Positions 55,229-64,000 of a stretch of DNA of 64,000 nucleotides are shown in pieces. Origin of the DNA: Alphaproteobacteria bacterium (GTDB taxonomy: Bacteria; Pseudomonadota; Alphaproteobacteria; UBA7887); NCBI GenBank assembly GCA_965201115.1, contig OZ241745.1, positions 258,308 to 322,307 on the forward strand, in the 5' to 3' direction. Position 1 is the stretch's first letter; each line of letters begins with the position of its first letter. Below the pieces are notes generated by a model that did no database searches, had not been told where the DNA came from, and saw only the letters and a list, made by a program, of their open reading frames with translations. The translations under genes were made by a program, and so were the position numbers.

Positions 55229-56217
55229 GGTTCGGCGCGCCACACGGTCCCGGGCGCCAGCTCCGTCGCCGAACCCACCAGCGCGCGCCCGCCGAGCCGG
55301 GCGACAATGGCGTAAGCCTCGCGAATCGCCGCCTCGTGCTCGTCCGGCGTCCCCGTCGGCGCGCCCTCGCGGTAGCCCTCGCGCAGCGCCGCCAGCGTCG
55401 CGTCGTCCTCGGCGCGGACCAGAGGGCGCAGCAGCTCCCATTCCGCGTCCGATTCGAGCATGATCCGGCGCGCCGCCGCCGAAGCCGCGAGAAAACCGTC
55501 GAGCGCCGCGCGGTTGGCCCGCGCCCACTCCTCGCCGAACACATACCCGATCAGCGGCAGCCGGCCCGGAACGCCCAGCGCCGGCATGATGTCCTGGACG
55601 CGAATCAGCTCGCGCATCCCCGCCGCCCGCAGCCGCGCGGCGTAGTTCCAAAAATTCAGCACGCCGTCGAACTCGCCCTGCGCGAACTTCTCCTGCAGCA
55701 GCGGCGGCGCGCCATGCACCGAGCGCACCGCGCCGTCGAGATCGCGGCCCAGGCGCTCGATCGCATACGCGCGCAGGAGCAGCCAGCTCTTGTCCACCGG
55801 GCCGCCGGCCACGCCGATCGTGCGGCCGTCCAGATCGGCCAGCGCCTCGACCCCGCCGCCCGGATGAACCATCAGCGAGCCCGCCGCCGTGGAGTAGGGA
55901 ACGAACGCATAGTCGAACCCCGCGTCGCGCTGGCGCGAAACCCACATCCAGTCGCTCACGATAACGTCGGCCTCGCCCGCGTTGAGCGCGATGGCGGCCG
56001 CGTTCTTCGTCGCCACGCGCCGCACGTCGAGCGCCGCGCCGTGCGCCGCGTCGAGGCCGCGCCGCACGATGACGTCGATCTCCCACGCCACCGTGCCGAA
56101 CTGAAGTATCGCGAGCCGCACCGCCGGCGCCGCGCCGGCCGCCGGCGCGACCGCCCCGGCAAGCAGAACGAACAGCGCGGCCGCAACCGCGCGCCCGCCC
56201 AAACGCCCAAGCGCCAT
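55225..56217 (-). CDS. ABC transporter substrate-binding protein (NMT1/SsuA/TauA-like)
   Basis: Signal peptide MALGRLGGRAVAAALFVLLAGAVAPAAGAA. 330 aa. The track ORF extends to 57363 through the REP array and 16S start; that extension is spurious. Confidence 0.75.
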   Translation of the reverse strand: MALGRLGGRAVAAALFVLLAGAVAPAAGAAPAVRLAILQFGTVAWEIDVIVRRGLDAAHGAALDVRRVATKNAAAIALNAGEADVIVSDWMWVSRQRDAGFDYAFVPYSTAAGSLMVHPGGGVEALADLDGRTIGVAGGPVDKSWLLLRAYAIERLGRDLDGAVRSVHGAPPLLQEKFAQGEFDGVLNFWNYAARLRAAGMRELIRVQDIMPALGVPGRLPLIGYVFGEEWARANRAALDGFLAASAAARRIMLESDAEWELLRPLVRAEDDATLAALREGYREGAPTGTPDEHEAAIREAYAIVARLGGRALVGSATELAPGTVWRAEP

Positions 56218-56315
56218 CTGCGTAACCCCTTGCGAAACCCCGGCGCCCGCGCAACCCCCGCGCGCCCCCGGACACCGATCCCTGTCGCCCCATACCCTAT
56301 ACGCCCCGCGCCCCG

Positions 56316-56870
56316 CCGCAACCCCGCCGCAGGCGGCCCCGCCTGGGCGCGCGGGCGTCCCCGCCCGCACGCCTTCGCCGCAACCCCGCCGAAGGCGGGG
56401 CCCGGGACCGCGGGCATCCTGCCCGCACGTTCCCGCAATGCGCGACGCCGCCGGGAAGGGCGCAGCGGTGCCGCAACCCCGCCGAAGGCGGGGCCCGGGA
56501 CCGCGGGCATCCTGCCCGCACGTTCCCGCAATGCGCGACGTCGCCGGGAAGGGCGCGCCGCCGCCGCAACCGCCGCAACCCCGCCGAAGGCGGGGCCTGG
56601 GACCGCGGGCATCCTGCCCGCACGTTCCCGCCAAGCGCGATGTCGCCGGGAAGGGCGCGCCGCACTTCCTGGGTGCGCGGGCGTCCCCGCCCGCACGTCG
56701 CCGCAATGCGCGATGTCGCCGGGAAGGGCGCAGCGCCGCCGCAACCGCCGCAACCCCGCCGAAGACGGGGCCTGGGACCGCGGGCATCCTGCCCGCACGT
56801 CGCCGCAATGCGCGACGTCGCCGGGAAGGGCGCACCGCCGCCAAAACCGCCGCCAACCCCGCCGCCGGCC
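56316..56870. repeat. tandem array of REP-like units (about 5 full units, 95-110-bp period) directly upstream of the rRNA operon
   Basis: Repeated gcaaccccgccgaaggcggggcc(c/t)gggaccgcgggcatcctgcccgcacgt(t/c)(c/g)ccgcaatgcgcgacg(c/t)cgccgggaagggcgc, separated by short GC-rich linkers. One unit is the variant-B form. Confidence 0.8.
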
Positions 56871-56943
56871 GCCCCGCACAGCCCGCCACCCCGCCCGCGC
56901 CCCCGCCTAACCCATTGATACAACACAACCAACAACCCCACGC

Positions 56944-57014
56944 AAAATTTTTCCCCAATTCCCGCAATTTTCTCGCACACCCCGTTGACACCGCCCCCCT
57001 CCCCCGCCTATAAC
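56944..57014 (+). promoter_or_regulatory. rRNA operon promoter: AT-rich UP-like element, TTGACA -35, 18-nt spacer, TATAAC -10
   Basis: aaaatttttccccaattcccgcaattttctcgc, then gTTGACAccgcccccctcccccgccTATAACa, about 290 nt upstream of the 16S 5' end. Confidence 0.55.
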
Positions 57015-57303
57015 ACTGTTCCCGCGCGCTGGCGGCGCGCCGGGGCGGCCCATGTCGGCCCTGCGCATGGCGCAGGCGGCGGGGCGGCGCGGTGTTTGAT
57101 ATCGTGAAACGGGAAGGGATTCGTGGGCGGCGGCGCGCCGGGGCTCCGGCGCGGCGGCGCACGCGAAATCTTGAACGCATGACCTCGTTCGGGCCGCGGC
57201 GGCAACACGCCGCCGCGGCCCCGAGTTCTTGAGTTCGCTTTGCGTTGCGCCGGGACAAGCCGGCCGGAGCGCCCTCGGGCGCGCCGCGCCGGCCTCGAAC
57301 CCT

Positions 57304-58816
<1,513 letters not shown>

Positions 58817-59000
58817 CGCGCCCCCCGCGGGCCAGCCCGCAAAGGCGCGTCGCCTCAACATACCCCGCCGCCGGCGGCGCAAGCCCCGGGCGGCGGACCG
58901 GCGCCCGAAGCCCCCGCGCCGCCGCCTGCGTATCCCTTCCCCGGAGCCGAAGCGCAGCGCCCCGCAACGATGGCGCCGCAACGCGCCGGCCGCGCGGAGC

Positions 59001-59077
59001 GGGCCTGTAGCTCAGTCGGTCAGAGCGCACGCCTGATAAGCGTGAGGTCGGTAGTTCGAGTCTACCCAGGCCCACCA
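59001..59077 (+). tRNA. tRNA-Ile (GAT) in the 16S-23S spacer
   Basis: GGGCCTGTAGCTCAGTCGGTCAGAGCGCACGCCTGATAAGCGTGAGGTCGGTAGTTCGAGTCTACCCAGGCCCACCA. Confidence 0.95.
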
Positions 59078-59118
59078 CGGCCCATGCGCGGCGCAACTTG
59101 CGCCGCAAACGCCGAATC

Positions 59119-59194
59119 GGGGGCGTAGCTCAGTCGGGAGAGCGCCTGCTTTGCAAGCAGGAGGTCATCGGTTCGATTCCGTTCGCCTCCACCA
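59119..59194 (+). tRNA. tRNA-Ala (TGC) in the 16S-23S spacer
   Basis: GGGGGCGTAGCTCAGTCGGGAGAGCGCCTGCTTTGCAAGCAGGAGGTCATCGGTTCGATTCCGTTCGCCTCCACCA, with a G3:U70 identity pair. Confidence 0.95.
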
Positions 59195-59401
59195 CGGCGG
59201 CGCGCGAAACGGCTCGGGAAGATAACCATTCCGCGCCCCCTCGGGCCCACGGCCCGGGCGGCGCGGCGTTTTGACATCGTGAAGAGGTCTGGCGTTGGAC
59301 CTGCGCGCAACCGCCCCCCAACGGGCGGCGGCGCAAGGGTCCGACGGGCTGAGTATCGCGGAACGACGCGGCGGGCTCGCGCCCGCGCACGGAATCCGCG
59401 G

Positions 59402-62257
<2,856 letters not shown>

Positions 62258-62335
62258 GCAACCCCGTGCCCGGGCGCGAACCCGCCGCACAAACCCGCGA
62301 TACACAGCCCACCCGCCCCCGCGGCGGGGCCCGGC

Positions 62336-62454
62336 AGACCCGGTGGTCATAGCGAGGGGCATGTACCCGATCCCATCCCGAACTCGGCCGTGAAGACCCT
62401 CAGCGCCGATGGTACTGCGTCCCAAGACGTGGGAGAGTAGGTCGCCGCCGGGTC
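62336..62454 (+). rRNA. rrf: 5S ribosomal RNA
   Basis: ...CGGTGGTCATAGCGAGGGGCATGTACCCGATCCCATCCCGAACTCGGCCGTGAAGACCCTCAGCGCCGATGGTACTGCGTCCCAAGACGTGGGAGAGTAGGTCGCCGCCGGGTCT. Ends approximate. Confidence 0.85.
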
Positions 62455-62506
62455 TCCCCGGCCCCGCCCCCCAACGCCAGCCCTCTGAAACCGATGCAAA
62501 CGCACA

Positions 62507-62583
<77 letters not shown>

Positions 62584-62626
62584 CCCGCAACCACCCCCCC
62601 CCCCCCGCACCGAAGACGCAAACTCC

Positions 62627-62655
62627 CCGAAGAGAAACCGCCGCCGAATTTCGGC
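62627..62655. terminator. bidirectional intrinsic-terminator-like hairpin between the rRNA operon (+) and a convergent small gene (-)
   Basis: aaccgccgccgaatttcggcggcggtt forms a perfect 12-bp stem. TTCTCTT follows on the minus strand. The plus strand has only a weak U-rich tract. Confidence 0.5.
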
Positions 62656-62667
62656 GGCGGTTCCGGG

Positions 62668-62856
62668 TTATCGGCTTGTTGCCTTGGGTTGGTTATTGTC
62701 CCGGCCCTTGCCGGAAGGGTTGCCCGTTGTGCTCGGCAAACCGGCGCTCTGTTTGCCGCCGCCTTGTTTCCCGCTTCCAGCCTTGCCGCCGCCGTGCTTC
62801 GCAGCGCCGCCGCGGCTGCCGCCGCCACGGCCGCCGCCGCCTCGTTTGCCAGCCAT
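62668..62856 (-). CDS. small glycine/lysine-rich KGG-repeat protein (stress-induced YciG-like)
   Basis: 62 aa: MAGKRGGGGRGGGSRGGAAKHGGGKAGSGKQGGGKQSAG.... Strong AAGGAG Shine-Dalgarno 7 nt upstream of the ATG, in a GC-rich genome. Confidence 0.55.
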   Translation of the reverse strand: MAGKRGGGGRGGGSRGGAAKHGGGKAGSGKQGGGKQSAGLPSTTGNPSGKGRDNNQPKATSR

Positions 62857-62975
62857 GCCTGCTTAACTCCTTTCCGGCTCGGTGTCGTCGCGCGAGGATC
62901 CGCGCCAAGGGCATATGGGCCGCCCGCAAGGCAGTTGCAACCCCACGTCGATCCCGTCGCCCCACCCGTCGGCAT

Positions 62976-63463
62976 AACCCCGCCGAAGGCGGGGCCCGGG
63001 ACCGCGGGCATCCTGCCCGCACGTTCCCGCAAGGCGCCCCCCCCGGCGCGTAAGCGCGCCGCCGGCTTGCGCAAGACGCAACCCCGCCGAAGGCGGGGCC
63101 CGGGACCGCGGGCATCCTGCCCGCACGTTCCCGCAAGCCGCGCCCCCGGCATGTAAGCGCGCGCCGGCTTGCGCAAGACGCAACCCCGCCGAAGGCGGGG
63201 CCCGGGACCGCGGGCATCCTGCCCGCACGTTCCCGCAAGGCGCACGCCCGGCATGTAAGCGCGCCGCCGGCTTGCGCAGGACGCAACCCCGCCGAAGGCG
63301 GGGCCCGGGACCGCGGGCATCCTGCCCGCACGTTCCCGCAAGGCGCGCCCCCGGCATGTTAGCGCGCCGCCGGCTTGCGCAAGACGCAACCCCGCCGAAG
63401 GCGGGGCCCGGGACCGCGGGCATCCTGCCCGCACGTTCCCGCAAGCCGCACGCCCCGCGTGTT
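62976..63463. repeat. tandem array of five REP-like units (102-103-bp period) downstream of the rRNA operon, abutting the IS1380-family left end
   Basis: Five copies of (g)caaccccgccgaaggcggggcccgggaccgcgggcatcctgcccgcacgttcccgcaag(g/c)cgc...ccggcatgt(a/t)agcgcgccgccggcttgcgcaagac. The last unit is cut at ...gttagcc by the IS. Confidence 0.85.
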
Positions 63464-64000
63464 AGCCCGCATTTCTCATACGGGTTTGGGGCATCGGGGC
63501 TCTGTGTGCGATATAGTGTTGTTGAGTATGCACATATCGCGGCACGGAGGTGTTCCCCGATGCAGACGGAGTGTAGCACGGCGCTGGGCGGTTTTCAACC
63601 GGTCGACGGTCGCGCGGTTGTGGCGGCGTTCGACGGCGGGACGGTGACGTCGGACGCGGGGGCATTGTTGCCTGGCCGGGCGGATGCGGCGGTGGGTCTG
63701 GTCGATCGGTTTGCGGCCTGTTTCACCGATGGGCGTGCGCGTCATCTTGTCGAGCACGATGTTCGGACGCTGGTCATGCAGCGCGTGTTCGGGATCGCAT
63801 TGGGATATGAGGACCTGAACGACCACGATGCGTTGCGTCACGATCCGGTCATGGCCGTGTTGGCGGGGAAGTTGGCGTCGCGTCGTTCGGACTGTGCGCC
63901 GCTTGCGGGCAAATCGACGCTGAACCGCCTTGAGTTGGGGGGCGCGGGGCCGTCGCGGTATTGCCGGATCGCGCATGACGGCTCGGCGATTGAGGATTTG
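63461..64000 (+). mobile_element. IS1380-family insertion sequence, left end and 5' part of transposase (continues beyond the window)
   Basis: Terminus gttagcccgcatttctcatacgggt, the same as the inverted end at 20718-20742. Transposase CDS runs 63560 to beyond 64000 (MQTECSTALGGFQPVDGRAVVAAFDGGTVTSDAGALL...LRHDPVMAVLAGKLASRRSDCAPLAGKSTLNRLE), with a GGAGG Shine-Dalgarno sequence. Confidence 0.75.

Noticed and set aside
52911-55544. 877-aa minus-strand ORF (also 54455..56293 and 55225..57363) as single large proteins
   Set aside because: Each contains one bona fide ABC component at its C-terminal end (ATPase, permease, SBP). The long N-terminal extensions run through neighbouring genes, the REP array, and even the 16S 5' end.
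56316-56870. CRISPR array interpretation of the tandem repeats upstream of 16S (and likewise 62976-63463)
   Set aside because: The sequences between the conserved cores are short (9-20 nt), low-complexity GC strings and near-identical between units, and the 62.98-63.46 kb array has essentially identical whole 102-bp units. There are no unique spacers, no leader, and no cas genes. These are REP-type tandem repeats.
62668-62866. Plus-strand 60-aa ORF 62684..62866 (PPCF-rich)
   Set aside because: Antisense to the KGG gene. No Shine-Dalgarno sequence, and proline-rich reverse-frame artefact.

Overview
High-GC (roughly 68-70%) chromosomal window that looks alphaproteobacterial from the 16S/23S signatures and tRNA sequences. 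Coordinates marked approx (about ±1-2 nt) in the evidence fields were located by eye; the remaining gene boundaries follow the supplied ORF track.

Housekeeping content:
- a complete rRNA operon at 57.3-62.6 kb: 16S, tRNA-Ile, tRNA-Ala, 23S, 5S, initiator tRNA-Met
- a LivKHMGF-type branched-chain amino-acid ABC transporter
- rpsD, an aspartate aminotransferase, a molybdopterin oxidoreductase, an aquaporin, and three dispersed tRNAs (Asn, Glu, Pro)

Accessory content, concentrated at 20.5-39.5 kb and 8.9-12.5 kb:
- a degraded IS1380-family copy interrupted by an internally deleted IS5/IS427-group element
- a tightly coupled five-gene operon: unknown protein, three paralogous Walker-A/B ATPases that look like DUF2791/BrxD, and an Lhr-like DEAH helicase that looks like BrxHI
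- an AAA_21 ATPase plus RloB-like pair resembling AbiL
- a low-GC island carrying a Septu-like pair (an AAA ATPase with an extra ~240-aa N-terminal domain, plus a small HNH nuclease)
- an MmeI-family Type IIL restriction-modification enzyme next to tRNA-Asn and a 171-bp MITE
- a MazF/PemK toxin

Other notable elements:
- a family of ~60-85 bp GC-rich palindromic REP-like repeats, present as singletons and as two tandem arrays that bracket the rRNA operon. Both IS1380-family copies abut one of these repeats.
- a 20-nt poly-G tract immediately upstream of a 2071-aa autotransporter
- a split nitrile-hydratase-like three-ORF cluster
- a mixed minus-strand ABC gene run: a quinoprotein-dehydrogenase-associated-like SBP, YVTN beta-propeller, ABC ATPase and ABC-2 permease set, plus a separate TauABC/NitT-like SBP-permease-ATPase set

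The six-frame track contains many long GC-rich ORFs that I judged spurious; they are listed under noticed_but_rejected.
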